A DNA stretch of 64,000 bases from an uncultured Candidatus Rokubacteria bacterium (GCA_963747235.1 CAVVEU010000028.1:1-64000), one strand, 5' to 3'. Shown: positions 51,563 to 61,782, counted from the stretch's first letter. The notes: generated from the sequence alone by a model not told the origin. A program made the numbers and translations.

Positions 51563-51600
51563 CCCCTCACCCTGCCCTCTCCCCGAAGGGGAGAGGGTGA
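51563..51600. repeat. BoxC-like palindromic repeat, copy 1 (between convergent genes; may act as terminator)
   Basis: CCCCTCACCCTGCCCTCTCCCC-GAA-GGGGAGAGGG. Confidence 0.75.
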
Positions 51601-51606
51601 TGGAGC

Positions 51607-52464
51607 CTAGCCCTTCACGCTCCCGGCGGTGAGGCCTTCCACCATGTACTTCTGCAGGTAGATGTAGGCCGCGATGACCGGCAAGGTCGTGAGCACCGCG
51701 CCGGCCATGAGGTAGCCCCAGCCGTAGACGTCGCCGGTGATGAAGGTGGAGAGGCCCACCGGCAGCGTGCGCAGCCTCACGTTGGTGATGAAGACCAGGG
51801 CGTAGAGGAACTCGTTCCAGGCCTGGGTGAACGCGTAGAGCCCGCTCGCGAGCAGACCGGGCGCGGCCAGGGGCAGGATCACGCGGCGGAAGGCGCCGAA
51901 GCGCGTGGCCCCGTCGATCATCGCGGACTCTTCCAGCTCGACCGGGATGGACTCGAAGTAGCCCATCAGCAGCCAGGTCACGAACGGCACCGTGAAGGAC
52001 GGGTACGCCGCGATCAGGCCGGTGAGGCTGTCGGCCATGCCCAGGTTGCGGATCTGCGCGTAGAGCGGGATGAACAGGATGGACGGCGGCACCAGATACG
52101 TGATCAGCACGGTGCTGGCCATGAACGCGCGGCCGAGGAACTTGAGCCGGGCCAGCGCGTAGGCGCCGAGGGTCCCGATGGCGGTGGCCAGGAACGTGCT
52201 CGAGACCGACACGATGATGCTGTTCTTGTACCAGCTCACGAACTCGGTCTTGGCGAGCAGGTGCTCGTAGTTCTCGGTCACGAACGGGCTCGGCCAGAAC
52301 ATCGAGACCAGGCTGCGCATCTGGGTCTCGCCCTTGAAGGACGTGACGATCATCCAGTAGAACGGGAAGATCACGAACAGCAGGAACGTGATCAGGATCG
52401 CGTACGACACCGCGGACTGCGTCCGCTCGATCTGGATCGTGCTGCGCCGCGTGCGAACGATCAC
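51607..52464 (-). CDS. Carbohydrate ABC permease (MalG-like)
   Basis: ELEESAMIDGA EAA loop, AWNEFLYAL, EGLTAGSVKG. Confidence 0.9.
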   Translation of the reverse strand: MIVRTRRSTIQIERTQSAVSYAILITFLLFVIFPFYWMIVTSFKGETQMRSLVSMFWPSPFVTENYEHLLAKTEFVSWYKNSIIVSVSSTFLATAIGTLGAYALARLKFLGRAFMASTVLITYLVPPSILFIPLYAQIRNLGMADSLTGLIAAYPSFTVPFVTWLLMGYFESIPVELEESAMIDGATRFGAFRRVILPLAAPGLLASGLYAFTQAWNEFLYALVFITNVRLRTLPVGLSTFITGDVYGWGYLMAGAVLTTLPVIAAYIYLQKYMVEGLTAGSVKG

Positions 52465-53459
52465 CGGGTCCGGCCCTTCCTCATGTAGTTCGACAGCACG
52501 ATGATCACGAAGGCGAGCGGGGGCAGCATGTAGAGCGCGACCGCGATGGCCTCGCCCAGCCGCTGGGCCCCGAAGGCGATCTCGTAGGTGAGCACCGGCA
52601 GGACCATGGTGGCGCCGCCCGGGCCGCCCTTGGTCAGGATGTAGATGATCGCGAAGTCGTTGAACGTCCAGATGGTGGAGAGCAGGATCACGATCATCAT
52701 GATGTTCCGGATGCCGGGGATCGTGACGTAGCGGAAGCGTTGCGCCACGGTGGCGCCGTCCACCGCCGCCGCCTCGTACAGCTCGCCCGGGATGGCCTTC
52801 ATGCCGGCCAGGAAGCTGATGCCGAAGAACGGGAAGCCGCGCCACACGTTGACGCCGATGACCGAGGACATCGCGGTGTTCGGCTCGCTGAGCCAGCCCA
52901 CGCCGCGCGACATGACGCCGAAGACGTGGACCAGCAGGTAGTTCAGCACGCCCAGGCTGTAGTCGAAGATCCACAGGAAGTTGAGCGCGGAGACCACGGT
53001 GGGGGCCACCCACGGGATCAGCAGCACGCCGGTCCAGAAGCTGCGGAAGCGGATCTTGGAGGTGAGCACGAGCGCCATGCCCATGCCCAGGACCAGCTTG
53101 ATGGCCACCGAGGCGAACGTGAAGATGAAGCTGTTGACGACCGCGCGCTGGAAGAAGCCGTCGTAGGTGAGGCGGACGTAGTTCTCGAACCCGACCCACA
53201 CCGGCGCCATGCCCACGTACTTGCGGGTCATGCTGAGGTAGACCGCGTAGCAGAACGGATACGCGACCAGCGCCAGCACCAGCACCACGATGGGCGCCAC
53301 GAACAGGAAGCCCATCCGGTAGTCCGGCCCGAAGACACGCCGGAGCGTGACCTCGAGCCGGGCGCGCGGCTTCGGAGCCGCTTCGGGGAGGAAACCACCC
53401 CTCACCCTGACCCTCTCCCCTGAGGGGAGAGGGGAGGGTGAGGGGGCTACGGTCGCCAT
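52461..53459 (-). CDS. Carbohydrate ABC permease (MalF-like) with repeat-derived N-terminus
   Basis: VGFENY, ELYEAAAVDGA, LTKGGPG. Confidence 0.88.
   Translation of the reverse strand: MATVAPSPSPLPSGERVRVRGGFLPEAAPKPRARLEVTLRRVFGPDYRMGFLFVAPIVVLVLALVAYPFCYAVYLSMTRKYVGMAPVWVGFENYVRLTYDGFFQRAVVNSFIFTFASVAIKLVLGMGMALVLTSKIRFRSFWTGVLLIPWVAPTVVSALNFLWIFDYSLGVLNYLLVHVFGVMSRGVGWLSEPNTAMSSVIGVNVWRGFPFFGISFLAGMKAIPGELYEAAAVDGATVAQRFRYVTIPGIRNIMMIVILLSTIWTFNDFAIIYILTKGGPGGATMVLPVLTYEIAFGAQRLGEAIAVALYMLPPLAFVIIVLSNYMRKGRTR
53398..53446. repeat. BoxC-like palindromic repeat, copy 2 (inside the permease CDS)
   Basis: CCCCTCACCCTGACCCTCTCCCC-TGA-GGGGAGAGGGGAGGGTGAGGGG. Confidence 0.78.
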
Positions 53460-53461
53460 GT

Positions 53462-54829
53462 CTAGGCCTTGCCGCGGATCTTGTGGATCTCCTCGATCCG
53501 CGCGTGGGCTTCCTTCAGGGCCGCCTCGGGCGACAGCCCGCCCACCACCACGCGACCCGCCATGTCGGTGAGGATCTTCTGCCCCTGCACCTCGGCGGCG
53601 GCCGCCGTCATCGGACCCGGATAGCCGATGTTGACGCTCCGGAGGATGTTCTGCATCATCGCGTCGAAGTTCGGGTCCGACTTCCAGTAGGGGTTGTCGG
53701 CGCGACCCTTGTAGACCGGACCCGCCTGCCCGACCGAGACCTGCATGTACTCCGCGAAGCGCTTCTCGTCCTCGAGGTAGCGGATGAGATCCTCGGCGAG
53801 CTCCGCGCTTCTGGGCCTTCTGGAAGATGGCCCAGTTGTAGCAGGACGAGCCCACGAACGAGCCAGCGGGGCCGCCCGGCGTGAGGACGCAGAGCGTCTT
53901 CGCGGCCAGCTCGTGCTTCTTGCTGACCATCGCGAAGTAGAGGCTGGCGCCGTTGTTGGTGGTCACCAGCTTGCCCGCCATGTAGGACTCGTTGTTGGAC
54001 ACGTCGGTCCAGCCCATCACGCCCGGCGGCTGGATCCCGTGCTTCTTGATGGTGTCCACCGCGAACTGGAGCGCCGTCGTGTTCTGCTTGAGAACGGCGG
54101 TGCCGAGCGCGGGCTTGCCGTCCTTGTCCCACACGCCCCCGCCGTAGTTCCAGAGGATGTTGGACATGAAGCCGTCGCCGTCGTCCGATCGATTCAGGGT
54201 CTGGCCGAATCCGTACAGATCCTTGGCGGGGTCCTGGGCCTTCTTGGCAAACTCGACCACGTCCGGATCGTAGACCTTGGGCACCTTGAGCGCCCTTGGC
54301 CTCCATGATGTCCTTGCGGATGAAGAACACGGTGGTCATCGAGTAGCGGGCGACGCCGACGAACTTGCCGTCGGACCTTCATGACGCGCTCGGCGAAGGG
54401 CAGAAGTCCGCCCTTGCGCCGCGGCCGATCTCCGGCCAGCTTGCTCACGTCGCGCAGGGCCGGCCTTGTAGCGCATCGGCCCGTGATGTTCATCTCGGCC
54501 ATGTCGGGCGGGTTGCCCGCCTCGATCGCTGCCACGAACTTCTGCTCGCGGTCACCGAAGGTGGCCCAGTCCATCTCGACGTCGACGTTCTTCTCCTTGG
54601 CCCACGCCTCGACCTGCTTGGCGACGACGTCGTTGCCCGCGGTGACGAAGCTCTTGAAGAGCCACACGCGCAGCTTCGTCTTCGGCTTGCGCGGCGGCCA
54701 TCTGCCGCGGAGCGCGTGCAGGCCCGCCGCGGTGCCGCCGGTGATGACGGCCGCCTTGCGAAGGAACTCGCGGCGGGCGATGAGACCTGCGTCGAGCTGC
54801 TCGGCCAGATTCTTGAGGCGATTGTCCAT
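53462..54829 (-). CDS. Carbohydrate ABC substrate-binding protein with Tat signal (several frameshifts)
   Basis: ARREFLRK twin-Arg, AIEAGNPPD, LYGFGQ, GGLSPEAALKEA. Confidence 0.8.
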
Positions 54830-54882
54830 GAGAGGGCTCCTCCTTTGGAGCGCGTGGGGCAGAACCGGGAATGGCCCGAATG

Positions 54883-57220
54883 TTAACCCGGAGCCGATCC
54901 GCGGGCAAGCAAACGGTTCGCGGCGAGCGCGATCGCGGCGGCGTCCACGCCGTAGTGGCGGTAGAGATCGCCCCGTGAGCCCGACTGACCGAAGTGATCC
55001 ACGCCGAGCGGGATCTGCGGCACGCCGAGCGCGCCGCCCAGGAAGGCCAAGCCGTGGGAGTGGCCGTCGAGCACCGACACCACCGGCACCCCTTCCTCCT
55101 CCGCGGACACGAGATCGAGTACGTACGGGCCCGTAGTCCGCAGCCCGCGATGCAGCAGATCGGGGCTGGTCACCACGAACACGTTGGCGTGCACCCCGTC
55201 CGCCCCGAGCGCTCGGCTCGCGGCCACCGCTTCCGGCACCATCACGCCTGCCGCGAAGATGTGCACCGCATCGCCCTCTCGGTCGTAGCCGGGCCGCTCC
55301 CGCGCGTCGATCAGGCGGTAGCCGCCGCGGAGCACCGCGTCACGGTACGCGGGCGAGGGCGCGGGCGCGAGGGCCTGCTCGATGGGCTTGGTGGAGAGAC
55401 GCAGGTAGAGGCTCTCGGCGTCTCCGCGCCGCGCGAGGCCACGCAGGCCCTCGAGCAGGATCCACTCGACCTCCTGCGCGAACGCGGGCTCGTAGTAGGT
55501 GATGGCGGGCAGCGCGATGCCGATGCCCGGCGTGATCACCGACTGGTGCGCGCCGCCCTCGGGCGAGAGGCTCACGCCGGACGGCGTCGCGGCCACGATG
55601 AAGCGCCCGCCCGCGTAGAGCGCGTGGTAGAGCGCGTCGAGCCCGCGCGTGACGAAGGGATCGTAGAGCGTGCCGATCGGCAGCAGCGTCGTCCCGGACA
55701 GCTCGTGCGTGAGGCCAAAGGCGCCCAGCGCGAGGAAGAGGTTGTGCTCGGCGATGCCGAGCTCGATGTGCTGCCCCGCCGGCGATTCCTTCCACTGCAC
55801 CGCCTGCGGCCCTTCCGCGGTGAAGCCGGGCTTGGCGCGCGGGAAGTAGACGCCCTTGCGATTGATCCATCCCGCGAGATGCGTGGTCACCGACACGTCG
55901 GCCGAGAACGTGACCACGCGGTCGCCGACGGGCAGGCGGCTCAGCCGGCCGAGGATGCGGCCGAACGCTTCCTGCGTCGAGCTCTGCGCGGGATAGGACT
56001 CCTCCAGCGCGTCCGGGCACGTCGAGCGCCGCGTCGCGCCGGAGCGCCGGCGGCGCGTAGGGCGCGGGCGCGCGGCGGATCAGCTCGGCCTCGGCGCTGC
56101 CCGGCGCGAATGCCGGCCCACTCCTCGCCGGGCCCGAGGCCGAGCGCGGCGCGCATCTCGTCGAGCTGGCCCTGGGTGGCCAGGGCGCTGTGGTTCATGG
56201 GATCGCCGCCGAAGGGATAGCCCCAGCCCTTGATCGTGTCGGCCAGGATGACGCAGGGCCCGCTCCGCTTCCGGCCCGCTTCCTCGTAGGCTTCCAGGAT
56301 CGACGCGAGGTCGTGGCCGCCCACGTCGGCCACGAGCGCGTGCACCGCCTCGTCGGTGAGATCGGCGAGCAGCCGGTCCACCGCCGCGGTCCGTCTCCCC
56401 CGCCGCGGTGGCGATCACCGCCTTGCGCGCGCCCGCCGGCGGCATCCGCAGCAGCGACTGGTACTCCGCGTTGCCCATGCCCTCGAGCCGCGCGCGCAGC
56501 CGCTCGCCGCCGGGCCGGCCGAAGAACGCGCGCAGCCGGCGATCCCCAGCGCAGCTCGATGACGTGCCAGCCCGCGCCGCGGAACCACTCGCGAAGCTGG
56601 CCCCGGCGCGCGTCGGGCACGATGCGGTCGAGGCTCTGGCGATTGAAGTCCACGACCCACATCAGATTATCGAGCTCGCGCACCGCCTCTTCCAGGAGCG
56701 CCTCCCACACATTGCCCTCGTCGAGCTCGGCGTCGCCCATCACGGCGATGAAGCGCGCGGGCATGGCCGGCCGCGCGTCCGCGCCCTCGTGCTGGTGCAC
56801 GTAGCGCGCGGCGAGGGCGCCGAAGGCCGCGCTCACCGCGCCCAGCCCCATCGAGCCGGTGGAGAGATCCACGATCTCGGGATTCTTGCGCCGGCTCGGA
56901 TAGGCCTGGAGCCCCCCGAGCGTGCGCAGGCCGCGGAGCTGGTCGGCGGTGAGGCGCCCGCGCAGGTACTCGATGGCGTAGAAGACCGGCGAGGCGTGGG
57001 CCTTGGTGGCCACGATGTCGCCGGGCCGCAGCGCGTGGAAGTAGAGCGCGGTCATCAGGGAGACCACGGAGGACGCCGACGCCTGGTGGCCCCCCACCTT
57101 GGTCCCGTCCGGGTTCGGCCGGGTATTGGCGTGATGCACCAGGTGGGCGCTCAGCCAGAGGACGCGCTTCTGGATGGACTCGAGCTGGGCCAGCGGGGCG
57201 GCGGCGGCGCGCGGGGACAT
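54883..57220 (-). CDS. AceE-type ThDP-dependent 2-oxoacid dehydrogenase E1-like protein (several frameshifts)
   Basis: KVGGHQAS, STGSMGLG, GDAELDEGN ThDP motif, LGIAEHN, PEGGAHQS, FGQSG. Confidence 0.85.
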
Positions 57221-57381
57221 CGGCGCCCACCTTACCCCACGGGAGCGGTCCGAGGCCAGAGGGGGCCGCCACCGCGTCAGCCGGGCGACGGCCGAGAAGG
57301 TCCTACATGGTAGTTTCTTCTCCAGGCCCCGCCGGTCGGCGACGACCTCCCTCGAATCACCTACTTACAACCGGTGGCCCA

Positions 57382-57396
57382 TGGCACAGCGCTTGC
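57382..57396 (+). promoter_or_regulatory. Sigma-54 (-24/-12) promoter
   Basis: TGGCACAGCGCTTGC = GG-N10-GC, ~30 nt before ATG 57426. Confidence 0.7.
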
Positions 57397-57425
57397 CCTT
57401 TCGTCGACCTGGGGAGGGCACGCTC

Positions 57426-57644
57426 ATGAACGCAGGGATCACGCGGCCCGTCGTCGTCGTGGGGATTCTCCTGGCAGCCGTAGGGTACGCGGCGACCAAG
57501 GAATGGGAGTGGCAGGCAGACGCGGATCCGCTGCCGCTCCTGCGCGTCTCGCAGATCGAGCGAGGGGCTGCCGGCGGCCCGGGTGATGCCACCTGGCGGA
57601 CGGACGCGGAGACGGTACAGCCCGAGCAGATCTTCCAGGATTAG
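57426..57644 (+). CDS. Small hypothetical exported or membrane protein (72 aa)
   Basis: GGAGG RBS, signal-like hydrophobic N-terminus. Confidence 0.6.
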   Translation: MNAGITRPVVVVGILLAAVGYAATKEWEWQADADPLPLLRVSQIERGAAGGPGDATWRTDAETVQPEQIFQD

Positions 57645-57653
57645 CGCGCAGGC

Positions 57654-59276
57654 CTAGCGGGAAGCCGGGCTCTCGGCGTTGAAGGTGAACGTCGCGCTCA
57701 CCGGGAGCGACGGCGACGGGATCTGCGCCGGCAGGGCCGCGAACGGCTGGGCCAGCCGCACCGCGCTCAGCACGTAGCGGTCGAGCAGCTCCGAGCCGGA
57801 AGAGCGCCGCAGCGCCGCGCACTCGACGCGGCCCGCGCGACCGATTCGGAACTCTACCTGCAGCTCGCCCCCGATCCTGGCCTCGGCGGCCCCCCGCGGA
57901 TAGATCATGTGCGCGCGCAGGCGCTCGCGAACGCGGGCGATGTACCCGCGATGCGCCGAGTCGGGATTGTCCAGGTCCACGGTGGCGCCAGCCGCGTCCG
58001 CGCACGTCGGGGGGAGCGGCGGCGACGAGGGCAGCTTCTCGGTGAGCTGCTGCCAGAAGGCGGGCGCCACGTCCTCGCCGCGATCGTGCGCCTGCTCGGC
58101 CGCGCTCCAGGCCTCGACCGGCCGGTTGATCCGGTCGAGCAGCTCGGCCAGTCGCAGGTACGCGGGCCCGTGCGTGGGGTCCACCTGGATGGCCTGCTGG
58201 AAGGCGGTGATCGCCTCACCCATCCGCTCGCGCTTCGCCAGGATCATGCCGATCCCGACGTACGCGCGCGGGGCGCGGCGGTCGATCCGCAGGACGTCGC
58301 GCAGCTCGACGAGGGCTTCGTCTTCCCGCCCGAGCCGGAGCAGCACGAACCCGAGCTCGGTCCGCGCCTCGGTTTCCCGGAAACTGATCTTCTTGGCCGC
58401 GTCCAGCTCGCGGGCCGCGTCCTCGAGCCGGCCCTGCCGCAGGAACAGGAAGCCCAGTAGCGTGCGGGGACGCGCGCCGGTCGGGTCCAGCGCGATCGCC
58501 TCCTGGAGCAGGGCCACGCCCTCATCCACGCGGCCGGTCCGCCCCAGCTCGGCCCCCGCGCCCGAGAGCGCGCTGGCGAGTGGGTTCGGGTCGCGCGTGT
58601 GGCCCTCCGCGTAGATGGCGCTCCAGGCGCGGCGCACGTCGGGATCCAGGCCGAGGACGCCGCGCGGAAAGTCGTAGCCGCGCATGAGCCGGATCACCCG
58701 CGCCGCCTGGCTGTCGAAGCGATCGGCAGGCCCACCGCGCATCACGGTGTCCGAGCGCCCCGCCGCCGGGTGGAACGCGCCGAAGAGATGCGCGATCTCG
58801 TGCGAGAGCACCCCCTCCGGCGCGGTGTTGGTGAGCACGGCGGTGTCGAGACAGCCGGTCTGCACCATCGCGTAGCGGCCGAAGGTCTGCGCGAAGCCGT
58901 ACTCGAGCTTCTCGCAGCGCTCCGCCGCGAACACCACGAGCACGTCGGCTGAGCCGGGGCCCACCTCCCCGCGCACGCGCCCCAGGATGCGGGGAACCGG
59001 GACCGCCTGGCCGATGGTCCACGGCACGACGTCGCGGACCGCCAGGCGAATCTGGAACTGGCGTTCGTAGATGTCCGAGACCGTCTGGATGGTCCGCCGC
59101 AGCATCGCTTCCCAGCCGGGCTGGGCCCGGTACATCTCGTCGGCGACCGCGCGCAGGGTGAGGATGCGGATCTCGGAGGATGGAGCGGGCTGGGCGGGGG
59201 CGGGCCGGGCAGCGAGAGCACCGACCAGCGCGGTGACGGCCACCAGGAACCCGAGCATCGGGGCCCGCTTGACCAT
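57654..59276 (-). CDS. Exported metzincin (M12-like) peptidase + TPR + TonB C-terminal domain fusion
   Basis: HEIAHLFGAFH plus TVM Met-turn; TPR-like repeats; YPRGA..G..QVEFRI..SSGSELLD..AVRLAQPF. Confidence 0.8.
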   Translation of the reverse strand: MVKRAPMLGFLVAVTALVGALAARPAPAQPAPSSEIRILTLRAVADEMYRAQPGWEAMLRRTIQTVSDIYERQFQIRLAVRDVVPWTIGQAVPVPRILGRVRGEVGPGSADVLVVFAAERCEKLEYGFAQTFGRYAMVQTGCLDTAVLTNTAPEGVLSHEIAHLFGAFHPAAGRSDTVMRGGPADRFDSQAARVIRLMRGYDFPRGVLGLDPDVRRAWSAIYAEGHTRDPNPLASALSGAGAELGRTGRVDEGVALLQEAIALDPTGARPRTLLGFLFLRQGRLEDAARELDAAKKISFRETEARTELGFVLLRLGREDEALVELRDVLRIDRRAPRAYVGIGMILAKRERMGEAITAFQQAIQVDPTHGPAYLRLAELLDRINRPVEAWSAAEQAHDRGEDVAPAFWQQLTEKLPSSPPLPPTCADAAGATVDLDNPDSAHRGYIARVRERLRAHMIYPRGAAEARIGGELQVEFRIGRAGRVECAALRRSSGSELLDRYVLSAVRLAQPFAALPAQIPSPSLPVSATFTFNAESPASR

Positions 59277-59281
59277 GGCGC

Positions 59282-59917
59282 TCAGGCGAAGGGATCGTCT
59301 CCCGGGTCTTCGCGCCAGACGTATTCCATGAACCGCGCGGACTGGCGGGCCATGTCCATCCCGTGCAGGCGCGCCACCACCGACAGCGCCATGTCGATGC
59401 CCGCCGACACCCCCGACGAGGTGACGAGATCGCCGTCGTCCACCCAGCGCGCCTGCCGCTGCCACTTCACACGCGGGCCCTGCTGCACCACCCAGTCCCA
59501 CGCGACCTTGTTGGAGGTCGCGGGCCGGCCGTCCATGATGCCGGTGCGCGCCAGCAGCGCCGAGCCGGTGCACACGGTGGTGGTGATCGCGGCGCGGCGA
59601 CTGGCCGCGGTGAGGGCCAGGAGCAGCGGCGCGTTGTTGACCGCCTGGCGGGTGCCGAAGCCGCCGGGCACCAGCAGCACGTCGTAGGCGGGCGCGTCCG
59701 CGAAGGCGTGGTCCGCGTGCGTGGTCGGCCCCTCGCCGCTCTTGATCGGGCCGGCCTTCTCGGCCACCGTCACGATCTCGAAGAGCCGCTGGATCGAGCC
59801 GTCGGGGCGGGCCAGGCGGGCGGACGCGAAGGCCTGCACGGGACCGTAGACGTCGAGCACCGTGAAACCCTCGAAGAGGGCCACCGCGACCCGGCGGACC
59901 GTCTGAGTCTCGGCCAT
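59282..59917 (-). CDS. DJ-1/PfpI family protein (isonitrile hydratase-like)
   Basis: LDVYGP, LLVPGG, TVCTGS, TSSGVSAGIDM. Confidence 0.88.
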   Translation of the reverse strand: MAETQTVRRVAVALFEGFTVLDVYGPVQAFASARLARPDGSIQRLFEIVTVAEKAGPIKSGEGPTTHADHAFADAPAYDVLLVPGGFGTRQAVNNAPLLLALTAASRRAAITTTVCTGSALLARTGIMDGRPATSNKVAWDWVVQQGPRVKWQRQARWVDDGDLVTSSGVSAGIDMALSVVARLHGMDMARQSARFMEYVWREDPGDDPFA

Positions 59918-59947
59918 GGTGTCGGGACTATATCACCCCCTATACCA

Positions 59948-59983
59948 CCCCTCACCCTGCCCTCTCCCCTGAGGGGAGAGGGG
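59948..59983. repeat. BoxC-like palindromic repeat, copy 3 (divergent intergenic region)
   Basis: CCCCTCACCCTGCCCTCTCCCC-TGA-GGGGAGAGGGG. Confidence 0.75.
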
Positions 59984-60039
59984 AATGAGGAGGAAAAGCT
60001 CCTTGAGTGCGTTGACAAGGTGCCGGGGCGCGGGACACC

Positions 60040-60717
60040 ATGAGCGCCATGCGCGTGGTGGACCTGAGCTTCCCGATCGGCCCGCACTTTCGCTGGACGG
60101 TGGCAAGCGAGCGGCGCTCGACCCACGAGGCGGGGGCGAACTTCCAGTCCACCGTCCTCACCGTGAGCTGCCACGCGTATACCCACGTGGACGCGCCGGT
60201 GCACTTCCTGCCGGGCGACCGCGACATCGCCTCGATGCCGGTGGATCAGTGGATGGGCCCCGCCGCGGTGGTGGACCTCACCCACCTGGGCGAGAACGCG
60301 GAGGTGACCGGCGCCGATCTCGAGCGGCGGGCCGGCCACGTGCAGGCGGGCGACATCGTGCTGCTGCGCACGGACTGGCCGCTCAAGTGCCCGGTGGCGA
60401 CCGAGCGGTTCTGGAAGGACGCGCCCTACACCGGGCGAAGCGCCTGCGAGTGGCTGGTGGCGCGCGGGGCGAAGGCGGTGGGCTACGACTACCCGCCCGA
60501 CTACTGCATCCGCACCTCGATCTTCTCGCCGGGCACGAAGATCACCCGCGAGGAGTGCACCACGCACCACATCTTCTTCCCGAAGGGCATCACGGTGATC
60601 GAGTACCTGACCAACCTCGACCAGATCGGCGCGGCGCGGTGCCGGGTCATCGCGCTGCCCCTCCGGGTGACGGGCGCCGACGGCTCGCCGGTGCGCGCGA
60701 TCGCCCTGGTGGACTGA
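60040..60717 (+). CDS. Cyclase family protein (KynB-like)
   Basis: HAYTHVDAPVHF, IEYLTNL, GADGSPVRA. Confidence 0.88.
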   Translation: MSAMRVVDLSFPIGPHFRWTVASERRSTHEAGANFQSTVLTVSCHAYTHVDAPVHFLPGDRDIASMPVDQWMGPAAVVDLTHLGENAEVTGADLERRAGHVQAGDIVLLRTDWPLKCPVATERFWKDAPYTGRSACEWLVARGAKAVGYDYPPDYCIRTSIFSPGTKITREECTTHHIFFPKGITVIEYLTNLDQIGAARCRVIALPLRVTGADGSPVRAIALVD

Positions 60718-60727
60718 AAGGCTCTCC

Positions 60728-60976
60728 ATGGACGTGAAGAAGGCGATGGTCAAGCGGGTCGCGGTATGGACGATGCTGGGGATCTTGGGCGGCGGCGTGG
60801 CCGCCGACATGCTCTGGCGTCAGAAGGGTGCCCAGGAGCAGGCCAGCCTGCGCGGACAGCAGACCGAGGAGCTCCAGCGCCTGGAGGCGCAGCTCAAGTC
60901 GCTGACCGATCAGCTCGCCGCGGAGCGCCTTCGCCGGGAAGCCCTGGAGCGCTCGCTGAGCGAAGGCCGCAAGTAG
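60728..60976 (+). CDS. Small TM plus coiled-coil hypothetical protein
   Basis: Hydrophobic N-terminus followed by heptad-rich helix. Confidence 0.65.
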   Translation: MDVKKAMVKRVAVWTMLGILGGGVAADMLWRQKGAQEQASLRGQQTEELQRLEAQLKSLTDQLAAERLRREALERSLSEGRK

Positions 60977-61726
60977 TGCCGCGAGCGGTCCGACGCCTTC
61001 TCCTCCCCGGCGCGCTCCTGCTCCTCCTGGTCGCGCCCACGTGGAGCCAGGAGCCGGGGCGGCCGCGTAGCCTGCCCGCCGCCGTCGTCAAGATCGTGAG
61101 CGGCGACACCATCCACGTCTTCGTCAACGGCGACGTCGAGCGCGTGCGTTACATCGGCGTGGCCGCGCCGGATCCAGGTGACGGCAGTCCCGACTCCGGC
61201 GACCCGCAGGGCCGTGAGGCGCTCCAGTTCAATCGCGGCCTGACGAACGCCAAGAACGTGCGGATCGAGCTCGACGTCCAGGAGCGGGACCCCGAGGGCC
61301 GGCTCCTGGCCTACGTCTGGCTCGGCGACGTGATGGTCAACGCGGAGCTGATCGGACACGGATTCGGCCAGGTGGTCACCGGCGGGCCCAATGTCCGGCA
61401 CCAGGAGACGCTGCTGCGTCGCCAGGATCAGGCGCGGGCCGCGAAGGTCGGCATCTGGAAGACGGCGGGGCCGGCGGCGCGCCGCCGCGAAGAGCGCCCC
61501 CGCCGCGGCGCCAAGAGTCGCGCAGGCCCGGCCCGGCGTCCCGCCGAAGACGGGCTGGAGCTGCCCGCTGACGCATCCGATCAAGGCCGACTTCACGACG
61601 TATTCGTCGGAGCGCTGCATCTACTACGTGCCCGGCAGCGGCGCCTACGCGGAGAGCCGCACCGAGCGCTGCTACGCCACCGAGGACGAGGCCCGCCAGG
61701 ACGGCTGCCGGCGCTCCCGCCGCTAG
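60976..61726 (+). CDS. Thermonuclease (SNase) family protein with C-terminal Cys domain (frameshift near 61480)
   Basis: SGDTI, VRYIGV, GRLLAYVW, VNAELI, GIW; then CP..HPIK..IYYVPG..Y..ERCY.TEDEA..GCR. Confidence 0.78.
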
Positions 61727-61782
61727 GGCAGCGCTCCCGCGCGAATCTTGCTCCCGCGCGGGCGACCCGGTATCGTGCATGA

